A DNA stretch of 64,000 nucleotides from Candidatus Flavonifractor intestinipullorum (GCA_019118925.1 DWYC01000053.1:73557-137556); one strand, 5' to 3'. Shown: positions 20,531-30,168, counted from the first letter of the stretch. Notes: generated by a model from the letters alone, not told the origin. A program made the numbers and translations.

Positions 20531-21421
20531 TCATTTCCCGTGGACGATCTCCACCGCCCGGGGGAGGACCTCAATCCGGGCCTCTCTGGGCGCGCCGCCG
20601 AACTCCCCGTCCAGGGTCCAGGCCATCTCCTGCGCGCATTGGAACGTCAGATGCGTGGTCTGAAACACCGTCACAGCCCCGCCGGGCGTGGGGGACATCT
20701 GCACCAGGGCGGCCAGGATGCTCTGGAGCTGGGCGGCGTTCTGGGGGAAGCGGATGAGTACCGTCTCAAACATTCCGTCGTCCAGCTTGACCGCTTTGGC
20801 GTCCACGCTGCGGAATCCTCCCACCGAGACGGTGTTGCTCACCATGCCGTAGAGAAACTCCCCCTCCTCGACGCCTCCGTCGTGCTCCACCCGCAGGCGG
20901 TAGCGGGGGAGAGAGGCCAGCCGGGTGGCCCCCTCCAGCACATAGGCCAGGTGGCCGAATACATTTTTAAAGGACTGGGGGGTGTCATAGGACACGTCGG
21001 TAAACGCCCCGAAGGCCGCCACATAGAGGAACGGCGCGCCGTTAAACCGCCCCAGGTCCACCGCCCGGGGCACGCCGGCGGCGGCGGTCTCCATCTTGGC
21101 GCCCACGCTCCGGGGCAGGTGGAGGTTGCGGGCAAAGTCGTTGGTGGTCCCGGTGGGAAGGTAGCCCACCGGGGGGCGCTCCGGCAGTTCCATCAGGCCC
21201 GAGACCGTCTCGTGGAGGGTGCCGTCGCCCCCGCAGCACACCACCCGGTCAAAGGTTCCGCCCACCTCTGCGGCAATCCGCCGGGCGTCGTCCCGTCCCT
21301 GGGTGGGGTAGGCCGTCACCAGCCAGCCGGCCCGGGTGAAGCAGTCCAGCGCCTGTCCCAGCCACTTGTTGGCCATTCCTTTTCCCGCGTGTGGGTTGTA
21401 GATATAAAGCAGCTTCTTCAT
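20531..21421 (-). CDS. Diacylglycerol/lipid kinase family (YegS/BmrU)
   Basis: NPHAG, GGDGT, PTGTTNDFAR and LDGE. Confidence 0.92.
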   Translation of the reverse strand: MKKLLYIYNPHAGKGMANKWLGQALDCFTRAGWLVTAYPTQGRDDARRIAAEVGGTFDRVVCCGGDGTLHETVSGLMELPERPPVGYLPTGTTNDFARNLHLPRSVGAKMETAAAGVPRAVDLGRFNGAPFLYVAAFGAFTDVSYDTPQSFKNVFGHLAYVLEGATRLASLPRYRLRVEHDGGVEEGEFLYGMVSNTVSVGGFRSVDAKAVKLDDGMFETVLIRFPQNAAQLQSILAALVQMSPTPGGAVTVFQTTHLTFQCAQEMAWTLDGEFGGAPREARIEVLPRAVEIVHGK

Positions 21422-21462
21422 TGCCTTCCTCCTGGACTCCGGCAGAGTATACGATAGCCTTT

Positions 21463-21546
21463 ATTATACAAGAATTTTTTTAAAATACAATGCGATTTTC
21501 CGCCGTTGCCCCCGCCCTTGCAATCTGCGGCAAAGTTCGCTACAAT
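21463..21546. promoter_or_regulatory. Divergent SigA promoters (lipid kinase operon / azlCD)
   Basis: Minus: TTGTAT-16-TATAAT (21490-21463). Plus: TTGCAA-17-TACAAT (21518-21546). Confidence 0.6.
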
Positions 21547-21610
21547 AAATAGGACCGTCCGCCCTCCGGCCGGCGGCCGCATCCTTGTCGGGACGGAAGT
21601 GAACGTATAT

Positions 21611-22348
21611 ATGGACCGAAAAGCCCTCGCCGCCGCGTTCCCGGTGACCATTCCGGTACTTATGGGGTACCTGGCCATCGGTATGGCCTTCGGCATCATG
21701 CTGGAGGCCGTGGGCTACAACTTTATCTGGGCCTTTTTTATGAGCCTGACCATCTACGCCGGGTCGGGCCAGTACCTGGGGGTAAGCCTGCTCGCCTCCT
21801 GCGCCACGCTGGGCACGGTGGCTCTCATGACCCTGATTATCAATTTCCGGCATCTGGTCTACGGCCTGTCCATGCTGGAAAAGTTCCGGGGCATGGGCTG
21901 GCGGAAGCTCTACATGATCTTTTCTCTCACCGACGAGACCTACGCCCTGCTCAGCTCGGTGCAGGCCCCGGTGGGCGTCAATCCCCGGAATTTTTACTTT
22001 GCCATCGCCCTGCTGGACCAGAGCTACTGGATCGCGGGCTCGGTCATCGGCGCGGTGGCCGGGGCCGTGCTGCCCATCGACACCACCGGCATTGATTTTG
22101 CCATGACCGCCCTTTTTGTGGTCATCGCCGTGGAACAGTGGGAGACCTACGCCTCTCATATCCCCGCCCTGCTGGGGATCGCCGCTACGGTGGTCAGTCT
22201 TTTCCTGGTGGGGCCGGACAACCTGCTCCTGCCCGCCCTGGGCATGATTGTGGCGGCCCTTCTGCTGCTGCGCAAGCCCCTGGAGTCCACCGCCGACGCC
22301 CAGGCTCCGGACGATTCCGACCAGAAGGAGGAGACCCCTCTATGTTGA
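21611..22348 (+). CDS. azlC: Branched-chain amino acid exporter, AzlC family
   Basis: YAGSGQ, NFRHLVYGLS, LTDETYA and GIDFAMTALF. Confidence 0.93.
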   Translation: MDRKALAAAFPVTIPVLMGYLAIGMAFGIMLEAVGYNFIWAFFMSLTIYAGSGQYLGVSLLASCATLGTVALMTLIINFRHLVYGLSMLEKFRGMGWRKLYMIFSLTDETYALLSSVQAPVGVNPRNFYFAIALLDQSYWIAGSVIGAVAGAVLPIDTTGIDFAMTALFVVIAVEQWETYASHIPALLGIAATVVSLFLVGPDNLLLPALGMIVAALLLLRKPLESTADAQAPDDSDQKEETPLC

Positions 22349-22710
22349 CCCCAGTTCAGGCCGCCGCCGTCATCGCCGTGATGGCCGCTGTTACCTTTTT
22401 GACCCGGGCGCTGCCCTTTCTGCTCTTTGACCGGAAGGGCAATCCCCCCCGGCTGGTGCTCTATCTGGGGCGGGTGCTCCCGCCGGCCATCATCGCCATG
22501 CTCATCGTCTACTGCCTGCGCGGCGTCAACCCCTCCGGACTGGAGAGCTGGCTGCCCCCGCTGCTGGCCGTGCTGCTGGTGGTGGGACTTCACCGCTGGA
22601 AGCACAACAACCTGATCTCTATTTTCGGCGGGACCATTTTCTATATGGTCCTGGTTCAGGCCGTGGACTGGCAGGCCGTCCAGGACGCCGCGCTGATCTT
22701 TTTCAACTGA
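22342..22710 (+). CDS. azlD: AzlD family membrane protein
   Basis: TRALPF, YLGRVLPPA and SIFGGT; overlaps the azlC stop; AGGAGG RBS. Confidence 0.9.
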   Translation: MLTPVQAAAVIAVMAAVTFLTRALPFLLFDRKGNPPRLVLYLGRVLPPAIIAMLIVYCLRGVNPSGLESWLPPLLAVLLVVGLHRWKHNNLISIFGGTIFYMVLVQAVDWQAVQDAALIFFN

Positions 22711-22729
22711 ACACACCCCATACCGAACA

Positions 22730-22763
22730 CAAGGCCGGACCTCCCAAAGGAGGTCCGGCCTTG
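22730..22763. terminator. Hairpin between azlD and the end of the T7SS locus
   Basis: CAAGGCCGGACCTCC-caaa-GGAGGTCCGGCCTTG. Confidence 0.75.
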
Positions 22764-22779
22764 CCGGTTCTGTTTTGGG

Positions 22780-24126
22780 TCAGGCCAGGGTGACGGTCAC
22801 CGTCTCCGGCTGGACCCGGGACAGGTCCCAGAGCTGGAAGGTGCCCCCCTCCAGCTCGGCCACGGCGTAATCTCCGGCGGCATAGACCGCCCGGGCGGTC
22901 TCGTCCTGCTGGTAGAGGCGTCCGTCGTAGAGCCGCCACAGGCCGCCCTCTCCGTCCAGGAGCAGCAGTCCCCGGCCGTCGGCGGCGAGATCCCGCACGG
23001 TAAAGCCGGGATAGCTGCCCTCTTCGCCCTGGGTCCAGTCCTCCGGGACGGAAAAGCCCCGCTCGCTGCACACCTGATTATCCAGGGTGACCCAGACCAG
23101 GCCCCCGTTCTCGCTCAGGGAGAAGGTCTTGACCTCCCGGGCCGTTCGGGTCCAGCCGGCGTCGGGCCCGCCCTCGTTGATATAGAGCTCCCCGCCGGCC
23201 GTGAGGGCCGCCGTGCGGCTGCTGTCCGAGGCGATGGACGACACCGCCGAGAATACCGGCACCCGGCGCAGCTCCAGGACGCTGCCCTGACCGGCGTACC
23301 AGAGGCTTCCGTCCGTCTTGAGTACATAGAGGCTGCCCACCGTGCCCGCCACCGCGGCCACGTCGCCGCTGTCCGTGAGCTGTGTCCAGCCCGACTGGGG
23401 GTTGGTCGGGACATAACTCAGGCCCATCTGGCCCCAGCGGTTCTCGCCCGAGGCCCAGAGGTTGCCCGCGGTATCCACCACATAGCTGGTGCGCCCGGCG
23501 CAGTAGACCCGGCCGCTTCCGCCCGGGAAGCCCGCCGGAAGCAGCTCCTCCTGCACCGTGTTGGTGGCCAGGTTGGCTCCGGTGCCCAGCTGGCCCAGGG
23601 CGTTGCTTCCGGCGGAGTAGACCGCCCCATCCACCACCGCCAGGCGCTGATCCACCCCGGCGGCGTAGGACCGGGGCTCGGCGAGGACCTGCTGGAGCAG
23701 CTCATCCCGCAGGGCGTAGTCCTCCTCCTCGTCGGTGGTCTCCACCAGAGTCTGGGCCGTCACCAGGGCTCCGCCGGTGTCCTGGGCCTGGCTCTGGCTC
23801 TCGGCCAGCACCCGATAGGCCTCCGGATTCCCATTCTCCGTGAGGGGCTGGAGCACCTGGGGCACCAGATCGGTCTCCTCCATGGCGAGGTATGCCTCCG
23901 CCAGGCCCAGACGGGCCTCCTCATTGGTGGGGTCCAGAGAGAGGCTCTGCATAAACTCGGCCACCGCCCCCGAATAATCCATGCTGTTGAGGTATTTCTG
24001 TCCCAGGTCGGTGTGGGCCGCCGCCGTATCCCGGCTCAGCCGGGTGGTGACCGCCGCCCCCAGCAGCAGCACGGCCAGCAGGGCCAGCGGCAGGACAATG
24101 GGCAATTTTTTTACACTCTGTTTCAC
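22780..24126 (-). CDS. Membrane-anchored TPR + RCC1-like repeat (beta-propeller) protein
   Basis: N-terminal TM/signal; TPR (LGQKYL..YSGAVAEF..LDPTN..ARLGLAEAY); RCC1-type GSNALGQLG and GENRWGQMG motifs; start overlaps the upstream stop. Confidence 0.75.
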   Translation of the reverse strand: MKQSVKKLPIVLPLALLAVLLLGAAVTTRLSRDTAAAHTDLGQKYLNSMDYSGAVAEFMQSLSLDPTNEEARLGLAEAYLAMEETDLVPQVLQPLTENGNPEAYRVLAESQSQAQDTGGALVTAQTLVETTDEEEDYALRDELLQQVLAEPRSYAAGVDQRLAVVDGAVYSAGSNALGQLGTGANLATNTVQEELLPAGFPGGSGRVYCAGRTSYVVDTAGNLWASGENRWGQMGLSYVPTNPQSGWTQLTDSGDVAAVAGTVGSLYVLKTDGSLWYAGQGSVLELRRVPVFSAVSSIASDSSRTAALTAGGELYINEGGPDAGWTRTAREVKTFSLSENGGLVWVTLDNQVCSERGFSVPEDWTQGEEGSYPGFTVRDLAADGRGLLLLDGEGGLWRLYDGRLYQQDETARAVYAAGDYAVAELEGGTFQLWDLSRVQPETVTVTLA

Positions 24127-26915
24127 GGCTCGTTCACCTCGCTGACCTTGATATGGCTCTGCTCCGCGCCGTACTCCAGAAGCAGCGAGCCGGAGAGGAT
24201 GGTCTCGTCGGCGCCGCGGTCATAGGCGCTGTCTCCCGAGGAAATCTCCAGAACGCCCAGGCCCTCCGCCGTGCCGGTATCGCCCAGATCCAGCGGATCG
24301 GGGAAAGCCCCGTCCACCATCCGGCCGGCCAGATCGCCCACCTGGAAGGTCATCACCCCGTCCAGATGCAGCGAGAGGGTATTCACCGTCTCCTGGCCCA
24401 CCAGCACGTCCTGCAGATCCACGCTCCGCAGCGCCAGCCGCCCGTCGGCCAGCCACAGGGCCATATCGGCCTCCAGGAGGACGCTACCCGCCTGCACCCG
24501 GTTCACATCCACCTCATTGCCCACCCAGAGCATCTGGGGGAAGGTATATTCCTCCCCCTCCTGGGTGAGAATGGTCAGGTCGTGGACGCCGTCGGGCATC
24601 TGGGCGGGGACATTCAGCTCCAGCGCGTCCTCCTCCTGCCGCTCCAGGCCGCAGTCCAGTCCGCCTATCTGCACCTGGGCGGCGGTATCCAGTCCGGTGC
24701 CGGTGATCCGCAGGCGGAAGGTCGGTTCCTGCTGCGCAAGCAGGCCGTCCAGAACGGCCCGGCTCTGGAAGAAGGGCGTACTGGTCACCGTCACGGCGGG
24801 CTCTTCCGGCTCTGCCTCGGTGAGGGTATACTCCCGGCGGACGGTGACGCCGCCCTCCTCGTCCCGGAGGAAGAAGTAGCGGTAGGTCTCCTCCACATTC
24901 TCGGTGACCGTATAGGTGATGGTCACCGTGTTGCCGATGATCCCCTGAAGGCTGTGGTACACCTGGAGCAGCTCGTCGGAGGTCTCCGCCCGCAGGTACT
25001 GTCCTCCGGTCTGGTCGGCGATGCTCTGGAGGAGCTCGTCGTTCACATCGCCAAAGCCGATGGTGAAGATGGTGATGTGTTCCGCCGCCGCCTCCTGCAC
25101 CACCCCCATGTCGATGTCGCTCTGTCCGTCGGTCATGAGAATCATCGTCCGGGCGCCCCGGGCCGTCTGAAGCATCCGGGCGCCCTCCTCAATGCCGCTG
25201 GTGATGTTGGTGCCGCCGCCGCTGTACATGCCGCTCACGCCGTTTTTCACCACGCTGGGGCTGCCGGTCAGCTCCACCAGGGGATAGGCCTGGTCGTCAA
25301 AGCTCACCAGCGCCAGCTCCGCATCCCCGGTCACGTTGTCCAGGAACTGGTTAAGGGCCTCCTGGGCGTTGGCAATGGGCTCGCCGCCCATGCTGCCGCT
25401 CACATCCACCACGAAGCAGATGCTGTTGGTCCCCTGGGCCTGGCTCTCCTCCACCACCTGATAGCTGGAGATGGCTGTGCGGGTGTCCGAGAGGCGGATG
25501 CTCTCCTGATTCCGCACCCGCTCTACGGCGCTCTCCCGGCCGCTGAGCTGAACCTGAATCTGGGGATAGGCGCTGGTGTCCAGGCTCACCAGGTACAGCC
25601 CCGCGCCGTAGTTGCGCTGGTCGTTGACAATGCGCTCGGTGAGGTCCTGGACCAGCTGGGTCAGGCCCAGATGGATGAGCTCGGGGTGGACGCTGCCCAG
25701 CAGAACCTGCATCTCCTCCCGGAATTCGGCGGTGTCCACGCCTGTCTCGTTCTCACTGGCGTAGACCTGGCGGACCAGACGCAGGGAGTTGACCAGCGCG
25801 TCGTTGGTGGAGAGGACCGTATAGGCCGAGCCCGCCGCATCCCGGAGGGTCTGGACCGCCTCTTCCTCGTGGTGCATGGCGAAATAGAGCCGGGCCCGCA
25901 CCACCTGGGCCTCCAGAGAGTGAATATCCGCAATCGAGTTAAAGGCCCGCAGGGCGAAGATATTCTGGGCCTGGATGAGCAGTTCGTCGGCCTGCTCCCG
26001 GAGCTGCTGCTCCTCCTCCATGCGCGCCTCGTCGGTCGCGTCCCCGCTGCTCTCCTGTTCCAGGCGCTGTATGCTCCGCTCCAGGCGGTCGTATTCGTCC
26101 ATCAGGGCCTCATACTCCCGGGCCTGGGTGTCCTCGCCGCTGCCGCCGGCGTAGGCGGCGAACTGCTCGGTGGTCATGGTCTCTCCGCTGTAGGTCACAT
26201 CGGCGATGACCTCGGCCAGGAGCAGGCGGTTGTCCGCGCTGTGGGACTGGTCCACCAGTTCCAGCGCCCGGTCCAGGGCGGTATACCAGTCCTGGCGGCC
26301 CACCGCCTGGTTGATCTCCATTTGCAGGCTCTGGGCCGCACCGGCCACATCCCGGTATTCTTCCAGACTTCCGGAACCGGCGCCGGCCTCCAATTCATAG
26401 TGTAAATCCAGCTCCTCCTGCCGGCCGCGGGAGAGGGGAAGCTGGTCCCGAAGCGCGGCCGCAGTGTCCGCCAGCTCCTCCTCCGCTCCGCTCCAGGTAT
26501 GAAGCCGGTCCAGGCCGTCCTGCTGTTCCTGGCCCCGGGCCACCTGCTCCAGCATGTTCAGGCGCAGCGCGGCCACCGTGTCGTTCCCCCGCGTCTGCTC
26601 CAGCAGAGTCTGGGCCGCCAGGAAGTAGTAGCCCTCGCTGTCCTCCACCCGCTTCAGGTAGAGGGCCGCCGGGTCCGTGCTGCCGTCCTCCAGATAGCAC
26701 AGGGCCAGATAAATGGAGCCGTACTGGGCGTCCCGGCTCTGGATCTGTTTCACCAGGGCGGTCCCGCCCGTTCCGGCCAGGAGCAGCGCGCACACCAGAA
26801 GGGAGACCCCCCACCGCCCGGACAGGCGCTTTCCGCGCAGGAGCACAATGGACAGCGCCGCCAACAGCACCCCCAGCAGGATGCCAACGGCGGGCAAAAC
26901 AATGGATACGATCAT
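24123..26915 (-). CDS. Large membrane-anchored vWA-domain protein
   Basis: Two N-terminal TM helices, acidic helical/coiled-coil region, intact MIDAS (FVVDVSGS, GGTNI, LMTDG, FTIGFG), C-terminal Ig/IPT-like region. Confidence 0.85.
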   Translation of the reverse strand: MIVSIVLPAVGILLGVLLAALSIVLLRGKRLSGRWGVSLLVCALLLAGTGGTALVKQIQSRDAQYGSIYLALCYLEDGSTDPAALYLKRVEDSEGYYFLAAQTLLEQTRGNDTVAALRLNMLEQVARGQEQQDGLDRLHTWSGAEEELADTAAALRDQLPLSRGRQEELDLHYELEAGAGSGSLEEYRDVAGAAQSLQMEINQAVGRQDWYTALDRALELVDQSHSADNRLLLAEVIADVTYSGETMTTEQFAAYAGGSGEDTQAREYEALMDEYDRLERSIQRLEQESSGDATDEARMEEEQQLREQADELLIQAQNIFALRAFNSIADIHSLEAQVVRARLYFAMHHEEEAVQTLRDAAGSAYTVLSTNDALVNSLRLVRQVYASENETGVDTAEFREEMQVLLGSVHPELIHLGLTQLVQDLTERIVNDQRNYGAGLYLVSLDTSAYPQIQVQLSGRESAVERVRNQESIRLSDTRTAISSYQVVEESQAQGTNSICFVVDVSGSMGGEPIANAQEALNQFLDNVTGDAELALVSFDDQAYPLVELTGSPSVVKNGVSGMYSGGGTNITSGIEEGARMLQTARGARTMILMTDGQSDIDMGVVQEAAAEHITIFTIGFGDVNDELLQSIADQTGGQYLRAETSDELLQVYHSLQGIIGNTVTITYTVTENVEETYRYFFLRDEEGGVTVRREYTLTEAEPEEPAVTVTSTPFFQSRAVLDGLLAQQEPTFRLRITGTGLDTAAQVQIGGLDCGLERQEEDALELNVPAQMPDGVHDLTILTQEGEEYTFPQMLWVGNEVDVNRVQAGSVLLEADMALWLADGRLALRSVDLQDVLVGQETVNTLSLHLDGVMTFQVGDLAGRMVDGAFPDPLDLGDTGTAEGLGVLEISSGDSAYDRGADETILSGSLLLEYGAEQSHIKVSEVNEP

Positions 26916-26927
26916 CTCTTCTCCTCC

Positions 26928-27517
26928 TCAGTCCCGCAGTTTGGCCCCGCAGCGCTCACAGAAGCGCCCGCCGGCGATCCGGCTGCCGCACATGGGGCAG
27001 AAGCGCAGCGGCTCGGCCGGCTGGGCGGCAGGCTCCTCCGTTCGGGCCGGGGCCGCCGCACCGGGCGCGCCGTTCCGGTCCGGCGGAAGGATCTCCGTGC
27101 TCTCCGGGGCAGGGGCCGCAGGGGTTCCCTCCGGCCGGGGAAGCACGGCCGTTGGGTCATAGCCCGCCGCCGGTTTTCCCGCCGGGGCGGGCGCGGACAC
27201 CGGCGGCTGCGTCGTCCCCTTCCGGGGCGGGATGCGGGCGGTGGCCGGGGCCGTGGCGGCGGGGGACACCGTTACACCCGCCGCCGGGGCGGGCGCTTTA
27301 CCCCGGCCGCGCAGCTTCCTCACCAGGGCCACCGCCCCGGGAATCCACAGCGCCACCGCCAGGAGCAGCGTCCCCTGCCAGCTTCCGGCCAGGACGGCCC
27401 CCCGCTGGGTACCCAGCAGGTAGACCGCCACCCCCCGGGTGGCAAAGTAGGCATAGGCGGTATATCCCGACGCCACCAGCGCCAGAACCACCGCCACCAG
27501 CAACAGCTTTTTTTCAT
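26928..27517 (-). CDS. Membrane protein with Pro/Ala/Thr linker and C-terminal zinc ribbon; start out of frame at an A7 run
   Basis: Strong RBS and ATG at 27517, then A7. The body ORF (27503-26928) has 2 TM and CPMCG..FCERCG. A8 would give MKKKLLLVAVVLAL. Confidence 0.7.
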
Positions 27518-27546
27518 GCTATCCTCTCCTTCTCCGGCCGCCGGAG

Positions 27547-27690
27547 TTACTCATATTCCCGCCGGATGCGCTCGGCAATGGCTTTGCCCTGCCGCCGCAG
27601 CACGGCCACAGCAATGGGGATGGCCAGGACCGCCAGCGCCAGCCCCGCGATGCCCGCAATCACCAGAATGGTTCCAACGCTCATTTCCAC
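27547..27690 (-). CDS. Small single-TM protein (45-47 aa), missed by the ORF track
   Basis: GAGGAGG RBS; GTG 27690 or ATG 27684 gives MSVGTILVIAGIAGLALAVLAIPIAVAVLRRQGKAIAERIRREYE; fills the gap between two operon genes. Confidence 0.75.
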   Translation of the reverse strand: MEMSVGTILVIAGIAGLALAVLAIPIAVAVLRRQGKAIAERIRREYE

Positions 27691-27700
27691 AGGTTCCTCC

Positions 27701-29737
27701 TCATCCAAGGCTGTCCATCAGGGACTCCAGATACGCCATTTCGCTGTCCTGAACGCCCGCGCCGCTGTAGAGCGCCGCCGCCTGCTCATAGGCCTCCCGG
27801 GCCCGGTCATGGTCGGCCACCTGGTCGTCCAGGCACAGCAGAGCCAGGCGCAGATAGCTCCGGTAGTCGTTGGGGTAGAGCTGAATAGTCTCCTCCGCCA
27901 GGGTCAGGGCCTCCTCCGTCCGGTCCAGATACTGCAGGGCGAGGCCCGCGTTCAGCCGCACGGCGAGGGTGGCCGTCCCCTGGTCGATCAGCCCCCGGCA
28001 CAGGGCCAGAGCCGCCTCGTAGTCCTCCGCGCCGCCGCCCTCGGCGCCGGCCTGGAGGTAGGCGTCGATGAGCTCCTGGGTGTGGAGGTGATTCGCCGGG
28101 GCGCCCAGAACGGCGCGGGCCTCCTCCAGCACGGCGATCTCCGCCGCCCGGTCCCCAAGGCGCCGGTAGCACTGGGCGGCCAGGAGGTAACTGCGGCTGA
28201 CCAGCGTCTCGTCCCCGCTGTGGGTGAGCTCCAGCAGGGGAGCGAGGGCCGCCTCATAATCTCCCTGGGCGTAGGCGAGCTCTCCCTGTACCAGCAGCAG
28301 GTCCTCCCGGCGCGCGTCCGGGAGGCTCTGGAGCGTCTGATAGGTCTCCTGCGCCTGGTTGAAGTTCCCCGCCTTGGCCTGGGCCGCCGCCAGGTCCCGG
28401 TAGTAGATGGACTCGTTCGGGTCGAACCAGACGGCCAGCTGGAAGGCCTCCACCGCCTGGCTGTACTGCTCCATCTGATAATGGCAGGAACCCAGAACAT
28501 AGTTGAGTTCCGCCTGGGCGTATTCAAACTCCTGCTGGGTCATGGAGCCCTCGTCATAGACAAAGTTCAGCCCCGAGAGCAGATCCACGCACTCGCTGTA
28601 CCGTCCCAGCCGGTAGAGCACCGTGGAGGCCCGGATGTAGGCCTCAATCCGGTCGCCGTCCAGCACCATGGCCTGGCTGAGCACCTCCAGACTCTCCTCG
28701 TAATTCTGCGCCTGGATGAGCGCATCCGCCTGGTCCACCAGCTCCTGGTAGGCCGTCCCCTGTTCCCGGTCCCGCAGTTCCAGCCCCATCCAGAGGGAAA
28801 ACGCGCTCAGCAATACCAGCGCCCCCAGGGCCACCGCCGTGACCTGGCAGCGCAGCTGCCAGCGCTTATAGGCCCGGTCGGTTTTCTTCAGATCTTCCAG
28901 GGCCGCGCCCATGGCCGCCGCGCTGGAGAAGCGGTCCTGCGGCCGGAGGGCCATGGCCTTTTCCACCACCGCCCGCAGCGCCTCGCCCACCTGGATCTGG
29001 TAGCGCTCCAAGGGCACCACCCCCTCCAGGCAGTGTCCCGGGGGATAACCGGTGAGCATGAAGTAGGCCACCGCTCCCATGCCGTACTGGTCGGTGGCCT
29101 CGGTGACCTTGCCGTAGGCCGCCGCCGCGGCGCTCCAGCGCATCCAGCACTCTCTCCGGTCCGCCGGAAGGGAGGCCAGCGCGGCGGGCGGGACGTTGTA
29201 CTGTTCCGGGGCGGCATAGCCGTCGGTGGCCCCCAGGGCCTGCATCTCCCGGTCCTCATAGAGCAGAGAGGTGTTGAAGTCGATGACGCAGATATCCCCG
29301 CCGGGGGTAATGCGGATGTTCTGGGGTTTCAGGTCGCAGTGAATGACCGCCGGTTTCTGGCTGTGGAGGTAACCAATCACCTGACAGAGCTGGCGCATCC
29401 ACTTGACCACCAGCTTCTGAGGCAATGCCCCGTAGCGCTCCACATACTCCTCCAGATCGCAGCCCGGAATGTAGTCCATCACCGTATAAAGATATCCGTC
29501 GGCGGCGGGGATGATATCGTAAATCCGGGGCAGGTACTGATGGCGCAGGTTTTTGAGAATGTCGGCCTCCCGGGTCTCGCTGAGCCGGCCCCGGTACTGG
29601 GCTTTGACCCGCTTGACCACCACTTCCACATCCAACCCGCGCTTGTGCGCCCGGAACACCTCTCCGGTCCCGCCCGGAGCCAGAGGTACAATGTGTTCAT
29701 AATCCGGCCCCAGGACCGATCCGGTGTCTATGACCAC
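27701..29737 (-). CDS. Hanks-type Ser/Thr kinase - TM - TPR repeats
   Basis: GGTGEV, VVVK, IHCDLKPQNI, IDFN, GYAAPEQ, TDQYGMG; TM helix; multiple TPR units in the C-terminal half. Confidence 0.9.
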   Translation of the reverse strand: MVIDTGSVLGPDYEHIVPLAPGGTGEVFRAHKRGLDVEVVVKRVKAQYRGRLSETREADILKNLRHQYLPRIYDIIPAADGYLYTVMDYIPGCDLEEYVERYGALPQKLVVKWMRQLCQVIGYLHSQKPAVIHCDLKPQNIRITPGGDICVIDFNTSLLYEDREMQALGATDGYAAPEQYNVPPAALASLPADRRECWMRWSAAAAAYGKVTEATDQYGMGAVAYFMLTGYPPGHCLEGVVPLERYQIQVGEALRAVVEKAMALRPQDRFSSAAAMGAALEDLKKTDRAYKRWQLRCQVTAVALGALVLLSAFSLWMGLELRDREQGTAYQELVDQADALIQAQNYEESLEVLSQAMVLDGDRIEAYIRASTVLYRLGRYSECVDLLSGLNFVYDEGSMTQQEFEYAQAELNYVLGSCHYQMEQYSQAVEAFQLAVWFDPNESIYYRDLAAAQAKAGNFNQAQETYQTLQSLPDARREDLLLVQGELAYAQGDYEAALAPLLELTHSGDETLVSRSYLLAAQCYRRLGDRAAEIAVLEEARAVLGAPANHLHTQELIDAYLQAGAEGGGAEDYEAALALCRGLIDQGTATLAVRLNAGLALQYLDRTEEALTLAEETIQLYPNDYRSYLRLALLCLDDQVADHDRAREAYEQAAALYSGAGVQDSEMAYLESLMDSLG

Positions 29738-29781
29738 GGCAGGGCCTCCTCTCTCCTAAGTTTTGGCGCAACGCCCGCAAT

Positions 29782-29813
29782 GCCTTGCCCGGAACCGGAG
29801 TTCCGAGCAAGGC
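29782..29813. other. Intergenic stem-loop inside the T7SS operon
   Basis: GCCTTGCCCGGAAC-cgga-GTTCCGAGCAAGGC, no U-tract. Confidence 0.5.
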
Positions 29814-29848
29814 TCGTTCGGCGCAGTTGTTCTGATTTTTCCGGAGGG

Positions 29849-30136
29849 TTACTCCTGGTTCTCCGCTTTCTTCCGGTAATAGGCCGAGAGCTTTCCCAAA
29901 AAGACCTGCCGCTCGCCGTCGTTCAGGCCCAGGAAGCTCACCTTCTCCACGTCGCTGTGGTTGAAGAAGAAGTGACCCTCCCGCCCCAGGCTGCCCTCGG
30001 GATAGAGCACACCCACATAGTCGTACTCCGTCCCGGTTTTGCCGTCGGTCTGCTTTACACCGTAGATCATCAGCCGCCGGGTCCCTTTCTTCAGACGAAC
30101 CACCGAGCCGATGGGAAGCAGTTGGTTGATCTCCAT
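29849..30136 (-). CDS. DUF4176 family T7SS accessory protein
   Basis: LLPIGSVVRL, YDYVGVLYPEG and FFNHSDVEKVSFLG are typical of DUF4176. Confidence 0.9.
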   Translation of the reverse strand: MEINQLLPIGSVVRLKKGTRRLMIYGVKQTDGKTGTEYDYVGVLYPEGSLGREGHFFFNHSDVEKVSFLGLNDGERQVFLGKLSAYYRKKAENQE

Positions 30137-30168
30137 CTTGACCGCTCCTTTGTCTTAGAATCCCATGT

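Noticed and set aside
27320-27517. 65-aa Trp/Arg-rich ORF (MKKSCCWWRW..) as an antimicrobial peptide
   Set aside because: Better explained as the out-of-frame reading of the zinc-ribbon membrane protein gene.
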